The notes beneath the pieces are model-generated. The model saw only the letters and a program-made list of their open reading frames with translations, was not told the origin of the DNA and searched no databases. Below, in pieces: positions 36,416-45,159 of a stretch of DNA of 55,486 bases. Source of the stretch: an uncultured Oscillospiraceae bacterium. Lineage in GTDB: Bacteria > Bacillota > Clostridia > Oscillospirales > Oscillospiraceae. Made by a program: the position numbers and the translations under genes. The stretch is from positions 1-55,486 of the forward strand of contig CAZVMK010000001.1 in the NCBI GenBank assembly GCA_964628315.1, read 5' to 3'. How positions within the stretch are numbered: the first letter of the stretch is position 1; every line of letters starts with the position of its first letter.

Positions 36416-37556
36416 CTTTTCCTTCCTCCACACAGTCTCGTATCAGTTTCGTCATCCGTTTGGTGCTCTGTCCCAGATGTTGCGGAAGATACCGCTCTCG
36501 GAACAGCGCCAAAGCCTGCCGATCATAGCTTCCCTTTTCGATCGCTTCTTTCAGGTTTTGGGGCTCTTCATAAACATTGCCCGCCATTTCGACACAAGGG
36601 TCGATATTCACGCCGTTATGACGCATATATCCCTGTCTGTCAAACAGATAAAAATAGATCCGTTTGTTCATCACCGCCGCTTCAAAGGTGATGGCGGAAA
36701 AATCGGTGATGAGAATATCGCAGGCCCCCAGCGCCTGCATGGTCGTCAGCTCCCCACAGCTGTATTTTTTCAAATCGTTGGGCTGTTTCAGCACCTGATT
36801 GGGATGGGGTTTGATGATGAGCGCATATTTTTCGGGGTCAAACAGCCCCGTCATTTCGCCATAATCCGCTTCCGTATTTCTGCGGAAAGTCGGAGCATAC
36901 AAGATCACGGTCTTGCCTGCAAATTGAGGATATTTTTCCAGCAGCAGCGCTCTGTTTGCCTGCTCGGTCGCCAGCAGGAAGTCGATACGGGGCAGTCCGA
37001 TATTCAGCAGCTGTTCCTCTTTTACCCCAAAAGAGGCGCAGTAATAATCATTCATCCGGCTTCCGCCGGCAATGACCACATCATATCCCCTGTGCATATT
37101 CATGGCCTGTGCCACACTGCCACTGCGGCCATAGCGCTTATCCAGGGTCTGATAGCCGGATTTTTTCATTTTTCCGATGGCGTGCCACATTTGGATCACC
37201 GTCAGTGACTTCTTATGATGCAGCAGGGACACCACCGGCCAATATGTATCCAAAACGCAGACCTTCGCCGTAGCCAGATGGTACATACTTTGAAGAGAAC
37301 ACAGGCCGAAAGTCACCGCACCTGGCAGTCCGCCCTCAATACGCTTTGTGATCATCACGATTTTCAGCGACGGATCCTGCCGCAGCAGCTCCTCTTTCAG
37401 AAGAACAAAATCCAGCGGCGGCTCATTGCTCTGTCGGCTCAGAAACAGCACCTTGTTTTGACTGGGAAAGCATTTCAGCGGAACGTATGCCACCGCCAGC
37501 ACCGCTTTCAGCAGACCGGCTGCCACCGAATATAGCTTTGCGGTAAATCCGCTCAT
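36336..37556 (-). CDS. CDP-glycerol:glycerophosphate glycerophosphotransferase family (TagB/TagF-like)
   Basis: IQMWHAIGKMKK, GLPRID, ILYAPTFR, KPHP, LITDFSAITFE. Confidence 0.85.
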   Translation of the reverse strand: MSGFTAKLYSVAAGLLKAVLAVAYVPLKCFPSQNKVLFLSRQSNEPPLDFVLLKEELLRQDPSLKIVMITKRIEGGLPGAVTFGLCSLQSMYHLATAKVCVLDTYWPVVSLLHHKKSLTVIQMWHAIGKMKKSGYQTLDKRYGRSGSVAQAMNMHRGYDVVIAGGSRMNDYYCASFGVKEEQLLNIGLPRIDFLLATEQANRALLLEKYPQFAGKTVILYAPTFRRNTEADYGEMTGLFDPEKYALIIKPHPNQVLKQPNDLKKYSCGELTTMQALGACDILITDFSAITFEAAVMNKRIYFYLFDRQGYMRHNGVNIDPCVEMAGNVYEEPQNLKEAIEKGSYDRQALALFRERYLPQHLGQSTKRMTKLIRDCVEEGKDEGIRKNLHRETETGLSVGHEDPVCG

Positions 37557-37568
37557 TTTTCTTCCCCC

Positions 37569-38609
37569 TTATTCCTCCGTCACCGTGCCGCAGATGCCAT
37601 CCATCTGCCGACCGCTTCTGTCCGTGACACCGTTCATCATTCTGTAAGCACGAACGGTATAGCGGTAAGTTTTTCCGCATTCCACATCCTTATCTTCGTA
37701 GCGGTCGCTCATACTGCCGGATACCATGCCGACGCGCTGATAGGCACCGTCTTCCTCTTTGCGGAAAACAGTATAGCCTGTTGCATCGTTGACCGGCTCC
37801 CACAGGACCACCAGATGCTTGTCCACGCACTGAACTTCCAGCAGTTCCGGTGTCTGCAAATCGGAGACCAGGGCGCTTCCGCCGGCGGCTCTGTATTCAT
37901 GCTGATAATCTTCGATGACTGTTTTCGGGTCACCGATTTGACGCAGTTTACCGTTTTCCAGCCAGACGATACGGTTGCACAGGCTTTGGAGCCGGCCCAT
38001 ATCGTGGGACACGATCACGACCGTATGGTTTTTATCCTGGATCAGTTCCTGCATTTTTGCATAACTTTTCCGCCTGAACGCCACATCGCCCACGCTGAGC
38101 AGCTCGTCAATGAGCACCACTTCCGTGGTCAAATACACCGCAATGGCAAAGGACAGCTTGGAACGCATACCGCTGGAATAGGTCTGGACCGGCTGATCGA
38201 TAAACGCCTGCAATTCCGCAAATTCCACGATTTGATCGTATTTCCGCTGAATTTCCTTTTTGGAAAATCCCAGTTGCAGACCGATGAGGTAGATATTGTC
38301 TCGACCGGACAGTTCTATTATCATGCTGGAAGAGACTGTCAGCAAAGATACCCGATTGTCTCCCATGTCCACACTGCCACTGTCCGGCCGAATGATACCG
38401 GCCAACACCCGCAACAAGGTGGATTTACCGCTGCCGTTTTTTCCGATGATGCCCAGGATCTCCCCTGGGACGACATCGAAAGAGACCCCGTCCAGCGCCA
38501 CAAAACGCTTGCGGTGCTTTCCGAAAATACGGGCACGGTTTCCCTGTTTATGTACCAGCGGAGAATAGGACAATTTGATATTATCAACTTTAATCAGCTT
38601 CTGCTCCAT
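37569..38609 (-). CDS. Wzt/TagH-type polymer-export ABC ATPase with C-terminal fibronectin type III-like domain
   Basis: GKNGSGKSTLL, LSGRDNI, YSSGMRSKLSF, IDELLSVGDVAF, VSHD; tail WEPVNDATGYTVFRK...YEDKDVECGKTYRYTVRAY. Confidence 0.88.
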   Translation of the reverse strand: MEQKLIKVDNIKLSYSPLVHKQGNRARIFGKHRKRFVALDGVSFDVVPGEILGIIGKNGSGKSTLLRVLAGIIRPDSGSVDMGDNRVSLLTVSSSMIIELSGRDNIYLIGLQLGFSKKEIQRKYDQIVEFAELQAFIDQPVQTYSSGMRSKLSFAIAVYLTTEVVLIDELLSVGDVAFRRKSYAKMQELIQDKNHTVVIVSHDMGRLQSLCNRIVWLENGKLRQIGDPKTVIEDYQHEYRAAGGSALVSDLQTPELLEVQCVDKHLVVLWEPVNDATGYTVFRKEEDGAYQRVGMVSGSMSDRYEDKDVECGKTYRYTVRAYRMMNGVTDRSGRQMDGICGTVTEE

Positions 38610-39395
38610 TTAAATAACCTTCAAATAATTCTTTTCGCAACGTGTGACGGTTTCCACTCCGGCAAAAGCGATGACCAGTGCCGCCACCAGCCATTTGCAA
38701 AGGCCGCCCACGGAGCAGTTCTGCCCGTAAAGCAGCACATGACGAGCCTCCTGCATGAGCCAGGCCACCGGATTGTAATTGAGCATGATCGTGGCCATCG
38801 TGCCCTCCAACCGATCGCTGATGTTGTAAAACACGCCGGAAAGGTAGAAAAATATCTGCAAGACCACATCACAGATCTTTTTCAAGTCGGGCAGATACAC
38901 CGCCAGGTGCATCATCCAGATACTGACGGCAAAAGTATACACCATCAGCACCGCCACGATGGGGATCAGTTGCAAGGCTGTAATGCTCAGAGGGATCTTA
39001 TAGTAGAACAGCATAAAATACAACACGATCAAAAACGCAATGAGCATTTTTATGGCGTTGAGCATAATATTGGAAATGATGAGAATGTATTTGGGCATAT
39101 ACACACGGTTGAGCAGGCCCGTATATCGCTTGACCACGCTAACACTGCCCAGTACCGTCCGCTTGAAGAAGCCCCACATCATGATACCGCAGGCGATGAA
39201 CGCCATCAGATATTCCATTTTTCGCCCGAATATCACCGTGTAAACATAGGTGTAGATCGCCATATTCAGGGCAGGTTCCAGCAGCCACCAGAGCCAGCCC
39301 AAACGCATACCGACAATTTCCACGTTTAATTGGCATCGGGCCGAATACCAGCAGAAATTCCAGTATTTTCTGCATTGTTTAAAGAATTCTTTCAT
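38610..39395 (-). CDS. Wzm/TagG-type polymer-export ABC permease
   Basis: LGWLWWLLEP, LLNRVYMP, FYLSGVFY, YNPV motifs; abuts the ATPase. Confidence 0.88.
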   Translation of the reverse strand: MKEFFKQCRKYWNFCWYSARCQLNVEIVGMRLGWLWWLLEPALNMAIYTYVYTVIFGRKMEYLMAFIACGIMMWGFFKRTVLGSVSVVKRYTGLLNRVYMPKYILIISNIMLNAIKMLIAFLIVLYFMLFYYKIPLSITALQLIPIVAVLMVYTFAVSIWMMHLAVYLPDLKKICDVVLQIFFYLSGVFYNISDRLEGTMATIMLNYNPVAWLMQEARHVLLYGQNCSVGGLCKWLVAALVIAFAGVETVTRCEKNYLKVI

Positions 39396-39444
39396 TTTTC
39401 TTCCTTTATTCTTTCCGTGGGTCCCTAAAAAAAACTGACTTTGT

Positions 39445-40575
39445 TTATTTTTCAATATAAATTCGGGGAACACGTTTTGTGATACCGCAAATGATCTCAT
39501 AGTTGATGGTCTGCGCCAGCTGCGCCACCTCTTCTACCGGCAGGCCAGGTCCGAAAATCGTCACCACGTCACCCATGGCAACATCGGCAATATCCGTTAC
39601 ATCCACGCACAGCTGATCCATGCAGACTCTGCCCACGATGGGCGCCCGTTGTCCGCGGATCAAAACGCTGCCTTTGTTCGACAGCATTCTGGGCACGCCA
39701 TCGGCGTAACCGGCAGTAACGGTAGCGATTTTCCGTGTTTCGGGTGCAGCGTAGGTTCTGCCATAGCTGACAGTCTGATCCTGCGCCACGGTTTTTACCA
39801 TAGACACCACGGAGTACAGCGACATGACCGGCTGAATGTCTTTCGGCAAGGCTACATCCGAAGAGGGCTCCAGACCGTACAGGATGATACCGGCCCGAAC
39901 CGCATCGCCTTTTTCTTCCGGCAGGCACAATGTGGCCGCGGAGTTGCAACAGTGACGTTCCTGGAACGGATGCTCCTTTTCCAACGCTTCCACCGCGCTA
40001 CAGAAGCGGTCGTACTGGGCGCGTGTGAACTCCACATCTGCCTCTTCGCCGCTGTCGGCCACCGCAAAGTGCATGAAAACACCGGTGGTATCGATATTTT
40101 TCAATCTCAGCACCTGTTTGGCTTCATCCAGCGCCGACAGTTCATCGGTCCGCAAATCAAACCCAAGCCGCCCCATGCCGGTGTCCAGCTTCAGGTGCGC
40201 CTTCACGACAACGCCCTCTTTTTCCGCCCAACGATCCAGCTTTTGCGCATATTCGGCCGAATACAGGCACTGAGAAAAATCGCCCTGATAAAGCCGCTGG
40301 GCATACTCGGCAGGGGTATATCCCAAAATCAGGACAGGGCCGCTGATTCCGGCCTGACGCAGTTCCTCTGCCTCCACCAGATTGGAAACGGCAAATCCAT
40401 CCACACCGGCCTGCTCCAGCACCTTTGCCACTTGCACGGCTCCATGGCCATAGGCATCTGCCTTGACCACCGCATAAATTTTCTGCTTGACCATGTTGCG
40501 GATCATCTGAAAATTATCACGCAACCTTTTTAAATTCACTTCCACCCAGGTGCGGTGGAAAAATATATTTTCCAT
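39445..40575 (-). CDS. alr: Alanine racemase
   Basis: AVVKADAYGHG PLP-lysine motif, HLKLDTGMGRLG, VSYG, GYADG, GRVCMDQ, TINYE. Confidence 0.94.
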   Translation of the reverse strand: MENIFFHRTWVEVNLKRLRDNFQMIRNMVKQKIYAVVKADAYGHGAVQVAKVLEQAGVDGFAVSNLVEAEELRQAGISGPVLILGYTPAEYAQRLYQGDFSQCLYSAEYAQKLDRWAEKEGVVVKAHLKLDTGMGRLGFDLRTDELSALDEAKQVLRLKNIDTTGVFMHFAVADSGEEADVEFTRAQYDRFCSAVEALEKEHPFQERHCCNSAATLCLPEEKGDAVRAGIILYGLEPSSDVALPKDIQPVMSLYSVVSMVKTVAQDQTVSYGRTYAAPETRKIATVTAGYADGVPRMLSNKGSVLIRGQRAPIVGRVCMDQLCVDVTDIADVAMGDVVTIFGPGLPVEEVAQLAQTINYEIICGITKRVPRIYIEK

Positions 40576-40703
40576 ATATAAAATCCTCGCATTTGCAGAG
40601 GCATTCCCTTGCAAATGACCGCCTTATTTTTATTCCGTCCGCCCAAAGCAGAGCATTGTCACTCCGCAGTACGCACACTCTTGCATTTTATTAATTACTC
40701 GTT

Positions 40704-40732
40704 ATAATACTACATTTTCCCCTAAAAATCAA
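40704..40732 (-). promoter_or_regulatory. Sigma-A-like promoter of the alr-led operon
   Basis: TTGATT-17 bp-TATTAT with AT-rich upstream tract. Confidence 0.55.
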
Positions 40733-40833
40733 CATTTTTAGTATTTTTCCTATATTTTGTAAAAAGAAAAGAAAAAAGTAGAGTCGCCCTGAACATTTTT
40801 AGCACAATTAACAACCGCCAAAGGAAATAATTC

Positions 40834-40873
40834 AAAAATATGGCCCGTATATCCGGTGATACACGGGCCAAAA
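40834..40873 (-). terminator. Terminator downstream of dacF
   Basis: TGGCCCGTGTATC-accg-GATATACGGGCCA-TATTTTT on the minus strand. Confidence 0.7.
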
Positions 40874-40896
40874 GATGTAATTTTTGTCCAAATTTC

Positions 40897-42042
40897 CTAT
40901 TTTCCCATGACGATCTGTCGCAAAATCCTGGCAAACATCCGGCTCCAACTCAATCTGGCCACCGCCGTTTCCGCCACCATGGGCACCTGTGCCAGGATCT
41001 GCTCGCCGCAATAGACGGTCATGGTGCCCAATTTCTGTCCGGCGCTCACCGGTGCCGTCACATATTCTTCCATCTCCACCTGGACCCGAACCTCATTTCG
41101 CTGGGCTTTTTCCACCAACTGAGCCACATTTTCCGCAGGCGATGCGGTGACGGCATCATCGGTTCCCAGTTTCACCGGAACCTGAGCCGTCGGATTTTCC
41201 GGTGTTACCAGCGCATAGTTGGCAAATCCGTAATCGAGCATGGATTTGCAGGCGGAAAAACGATCTTTCGAAGTTTCCGCTCCCATGACCACGGCGATCA
41301 GCTCCATTCCATCCCGTTGAGCGGAAGCCGATAGGCAATAACCGGCCTTGGACGTATAGCCTGTTTTCAAACCGGTGGCACCGGAATAGAAACGGATCAG
41401 CTTATTGGTATTTGCCAGGCCAAAGGTGCCGTTTCGAACCGTATCCATCCAAATGGTGGTCAATTCTTTGATATCGGGATGTTTTACCAGCAGTTCTCGG
41501 GACATGACGGCAATGTCATAAGCGCAGGTTCGGTGCTGGGCGGCCTCCGGTTGGTCATCCAGCCCTGTGCAGTTGACAAAGTTTGTATGCTCCATTCCCA
41601 GTGCCTTTGCTTTTTCGTTCATCAGCGATACAAAGGCTGCTTCCGAGCCGGCAATATGCTCTGCCATGGCGCAGGCACAGTCATTGGCGGAACTGACCGC
41701 AATAGACTTGACCATGTCTCTGACCGTCATGGTCTCTCCCACTTTCAGGTAGATCTGGCTACCGCCCTTGGCGGCAGCCGCCTCTGAGGTAGTCACCATA
41801 TCCTCCCAGCCGATTTTTCCGCTGTCGATGGCCTCCATGATCAGCAACATGGTCATCACCTTCGTCACGGAAGCCGGTGCCAACGGTTCATGGGCATTCT
41901 GCTCGTAAAGGATCGTGCCCGTTGCCGCATCCATCAAAAGAGCACTTTTTCCGGCCACCTGCAGATCCACAGCCTGCACCTTGACGGGCAACCAGCTCAG
42001 CACCAACGCCACCAGGACCGAAAACACTGTCCATCGCTTCAT
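40897..42042 (-). CDS. dacF: D-alanyl-D-alanine carboxypeptidase (peptidase S11, DacF-like)
   Basis: Signal peptide; SVTK, SAN, KTG motifs; GGSQIYL, TTIWMD...LANTNKL. Confidence 0.8.
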   Translation of the reverse strand: MKRWTVFSVLVALVLSWLPVKVQAVDLQVAGKSALLMDAATGTILYEQNAHEPLAPASVTKVMTMLLIMEAIDSGKIGWEDMVTTSEAAAAKGGSQIYLKVGETMTVRDMVKSIAVSSANDCACAMAEHIAGSEAAFVSLMNEKAKALGMEHTNFVNCTGLDDQPEAAQHRTCAYDIAVMSRELLVKHPDIKELTTIWMDTVRNGTFGLANTNKLIRFYSGATGLKTGYTSKAGYCLSASAQRDGMELIAVVMGAETSKDRFSACKSMLDYGFANYALVTPENPTAQVPVKLGTDDAVTASPAENVAQLVEKAQRNEVRVQVEMEEYVTAPVSAGQKLGTMTVYCGEQILAQVPMVAETAVARLSWSRMFARILRQIVMGK

Positions 42043-42120
42043 AATTTTCCCTCCCTTGCTTGATGGTATACCCTATGAAGGCTTGGACGGTAAAATGCCA
42101 AAATAATTTTGATTTTCCTA

Positions 42121-42149
42121 TTGACATTGCACAAAATTCAGCTTAAAAT
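42121..42149 (+). promoter_or_regulatory. Sigma-A promoter
   Basis: TTGACA-17 bp-TAAAAT. Confidence 0.75.
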
Positions 42150-42185
42150 ACTGTGCAAGATTACAGAATTCTCTTTTGAAAGGCG

Positions 42186-43580
42186 ATGACTATGGCAAGA
42201 AATAAAACACAAGACTTGACCGTCGGCTCCCCTATGAAGCTGATTTTATCCTTTATGTTGCCCCTGACCTTTGGCCTGCTGTTTCAGCAGCTTTACAGCA
42301 TGGTGGACACTTTGGTGGTCGGTCAAACACTGGGCGTGGATGCTCTGGCCGGTGTGGGTTCTACCGGCTCCGTCAATTTTCTGGTTTTGGGACTGTGCAA
42401 CGGCATCTGTGCCGGATTTGCCATTCCCGTTGCCCAGAAATTCGGGCAGAAAGACATGGAGGGCCTGCGGCGCTATGTGGGCAATATGATTTGGCTGGGG
42501 GTAGCCATTGCCGCCATCGTCACCCTTGTAACAACGACCCTGTGCAGCAACATTCTGACCTGGATGCACAACCCCGAAGAAACTTTCCGGTATGCCTACG
42601 ACTATATTTTCGTGATTTTCCTAGGCATTCCGGCGACCATGCTCTACAACCTTCTGTCCGGTATTCTCCGCTCTCTCGGCGACTCCAAAACCCCTCTGTT
42701 TTTCCTGATTTTGTCCAGCCTGCTGAACATTGCACTGGACATTCTCTTCATCGTGGTCTTTCAGATGGGCGTGGCCGGTGCAGCCTGGGCCACACTGGTC
42801 AGCCAGCTGGTTTCCGGCATTGCCTGTCTGGTCTACATGATCAAGCGTTTCCCCATCCTGCACCTGAGCCGTGATGACCTGCATCTGCGGCGTGAATATG
42901 CCCTGGCATTGCTGGGCATGGGACTGCCCATGGGACTGCAGTATTCCATCACTGCCATCGGTTCCATTATGCTCCAAACCGCCGTCAACGATCTCGGTCC
43001 CACCGCCATGGCCGCCATGACCGCAGGTTCCAAAGTCAGCTTCCTCTGCGCCTGTGTTTACGATGCCATGGGCACCACCGCCGCCACCTTTGCCGGCCAG
43101 AACTGGGGCGCACAAAAGCCGGAACGGATTCACAAGGGTGTCCTTTGCTCGACAATCCTTGGTGTTATCTATGCGGTGTTGATCTTCGGCGCCATGTCCC
43201 TGTGGGGAGACGATCTGGCACGACTGTTTTTGGACTCCGATGACCAGGCGGCCGCAGATTTGATTTTGCCCATGAGCCAGCAATTTTTGCTGACCAACCT
43301 TGCTTTCTACGTAGCACTGCTGTTTGTCAATCTGCTACGCTTCACCATTCAGGGCCTCGGTTTTTCCCGACTGGCGGTGTTCGCCGGTATCTTCGAAATG
43401 GTGGCACGGGGCGTGTTCGGTCTGTGCCTTGTGCCCTGGCTGGGATTCTCGGCTGTGTGTTATGCCAGCCCCGTGGCGTGGATCATGGCCGATCTGTTCC
43501 TGTTCCCTGCCTATTTCTACTGCATGAAAAAACGTGGTTTTTCCCTGCGAAAAAAATCTCCGGTAAAAGCCTCCGTCTAA
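42186..43580 (+). CDS. MATE-family efflux transporter
   Basis: FQQLYSMVDTLVVG, LRSLGDSKTPLFFL, NIALD, GVAGAAWAT; ~12 TM. Confidence 0.92.
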   Translation: MTMARNKTQDLTVGSPMKLILSFMLPLTFGLLFQQLYSMVDTLVVGQTLGVDALAGVGSTGSVNFLVLGLCNGICAGFAIPVAQKFGQKDMEGLRRYVGNMIWLGVAIAAIVTLVTTTLCSNILTWMHNPEETFRYAYDYIFVIFLGIPATMLYNLLSGILRSLGDSKTPLFFLILSSLLNIALDILFIVVFQMGVAGAAWATLVSQLVSGIACLVYMIKRFPILHLSRDDLHLRREYALALLGMGLPMGLQYSITAIGSIMLQTAVNDLGPTAMAAMTAGSKVSFLCACVYDAMGTTAATFAGQNWGAQKPERIHKGVLCSTILGVIYAVLIFGAMSLWGDDLARLFLDSDDQAAADLILPMSQQFLLTNLAFYVALLFVNLLRFTIQGLGFSRLAVFAGIFEMVARGVFGLCLVPWLGFSAVCYASPVAWIMADLFLFPAYFYCMKKRGFSLRKKSPVKASV

Positions 43581-43589
43581 AAAGGATAT

Positions 43590-43623
43590 AAAAACGGACA
43601 TTCCCTGCGGAATGTCCGTTTTT
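43590..43623. terminator. Bidirectional terminator
   Basis: AAAAACGGACATTCC-ctgc-GGAATGTCCGTTTTT. Confidence 0.85.
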
Positions 43624-43638
43624 CGTGCGCCTGAACGC

Positions 43639-45159
43639 TTATTTGATTTTGGCTTCTTCCATCGTCTTTCCCAGGCTGTAGTAGAAAATGCAGTCACGGG
43701 CAGGGGCAAAATCTTCCACCAGATCCGTCTGCACGTACACGGCGTAGGTCAGAAATGCCACGGGGCAAAGCATGGCATCGGCCATCACCGCCCGATGGAG
43801 GGTATCATAGTTGCCGGAGTTGGCCAGCGCAGCCTTGCACAGAGAGGAAATGCCGCTGTCCTCCATACCGCAGAAATTCAGCGCCCCGTCCTTGTCGAAA
43901 AAAGCCGACAGATCCATATTGGGGGAAAGCATGGTTTGCCCCAAATGCAGGTCGTAACTGCCGTTATTCAGCGCCTTGGTATACTCACTGCCGCTGACGG
44001 CTTTCACCGTCACCACCAGAGAGCAGTCTTCCAGCATCTTTTTGATGGCCTGCGCCACTTTTACCCGTCGGCCGTCGTCCTGATTGACGAGCAGCGTAAT
44101 AGAACTGCCCGACAATCCCTCCTGCTCCAACGCCGCACGGAAAAGGTCCGCATCAAAGCCGTACTGGGCGGCCAACGTCTTATTGTAATAGGGCGAATTT
44201 GGGGAAGCGGGCAAGGTCGCCGCCATGGCAAAGGTGCGGTAATATTCCCTGACGAGGGTATCACGGTCGATGGCGTGGGTCAATGCCGCACGGACGGTTT
44301 CGTTGCTGAAGACTGCACTTTTTGCGCGGCACCCCAGATAGAGGAAAACGCCGTTTTCGCAGTCCCATAGTTCATAATTGTTGCGGAAGTCCACGTAAGC
44401 ATCGGATGCCGGATTGGCACATACCACACCCACATTCTCCCGCTCGAAAACATCCCGAATTTCCTTGGCCGTCTGTGCTTCCACCAGGGTGATGGTCTGA
44501 GCGGTCAAGGGCAATGTGGCCGCACACCACCAGTTGGTGCGCAGTCGCAGTCGATAACTGCCGGCACTGTATTCCAGCCCATAGGGTCCCGTCCCCTCGG
44601 GATAGGCCATGTCCACCTGTTCGGCTCGAACAATGGGGATATCCAGAAGCAGGGGGAGATTTTCATAAGCGGTGGCCAACTGGATGCAAACGCCGCCGTC
44701 AGAGGTGGCATATACGGAGTCCACCTGCTTCAGTCGGCCGCTGTAGACAGGGCTTGTCCGTGCCGCCTGCAAGCTGGCGACCACATCCGACACTGTCAGC
44801 GCCGAGCCGTCGGCAAAAGTCGCCTGCTCCAAATAAAACACATAGGTCTTCATGTCCTGCGAAATACTATAGCTTTTGCACAGCTGGGGCTCCACAACGT
44901 AATCCTGATCCACGGTAAACAGAGACTGATACAGCAAAGAGAACAGCAACCGATTGGTGTAATTTGCGCAGGAATAGGGATTGAGCGTTTTATCGGGGTC
45001 ATAGGCCAGTGACAGAGATTGGTTCGGTTTTCCCACATCTTCCACCGGTTCTGTGACAGGATTTTCTTCATCGGCACCTACAGTGGTGCTGATGCTCCCT
45101 TCTGCACAGCCGGCCAACAGCAAGACTGCGGCCAAAAATATTGCAATGAGCTTTTTCAC
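43639..45159 (-). CDS. Family 5 (peptide/nickel) ABC substrate-binding lipoprotein
   Basis: Lipobox LLAGC; LNPY, FADGSALTVSDVVAS, GTGPY, VRAALTHAIDR. Confidence 0.82.
   Translation of the reverse strand: MKKLIAIFLAAVLLLAGCAEGSISTTVGADEENPVTEPVEDVGKPNQSLSLAYDPDKTLNPYSCANYTNRLLFSLLYQSLFTVDQDYVVEPQLCKSYSISQDMKTYVFYLEQATFADGSALTVSDVVASLQAARTSPVYSGRLKQVDSVYATSDGGVCIQLATAYENLPLLLDIPIVRAEQVDMAYPEGTGPYGLEYSAGSYRLRLRTNWWCAATLPLTAQTITLVEAQTAKEIRDVFERENVGVVCANPASDAYVDFRNNYELWDCENGVFLYLGCRAKSAVFSNETVRAALTHAIDRDTLVREYYRTFAMAATLPASPNSPYYNKTLAAQYGFDADLFRAALEQEGLSGSSITLLVNQDDGRRVKVAQAIKKMLEDCSLVVTVKAVSGSEYTKALNNGSYDLHLGQTMLSPNMDLSAFFDKDGALNFCGMEDSGISSLCKAALANSGNYDTLHRAVMADAMLCPVAFLTYAVYVQTDLVEDFAPARDCIFYYSLGKTMEEAKIK

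Noticed and set aside
37815-39329. 504-aa plus-strand ORF, and similar shadows at 8570-10006, 21107-22420, 49344-50762 and 53692-54963
   Set aside because: Each lies opposite a well-supported gene and has no recognisable domain.
26901-42042. Classical van glycopeptide-resistance cluster (ligase + racemase + carboxypeptidase + MurF)
   Set aside because: No VanR/S, VanH, VanX or membrane-bound VanT. The peptidase is S11 DacF-like with its own terminator, and polymer-export genes sit inside the operon. Kept only as a secondary hypothesis.
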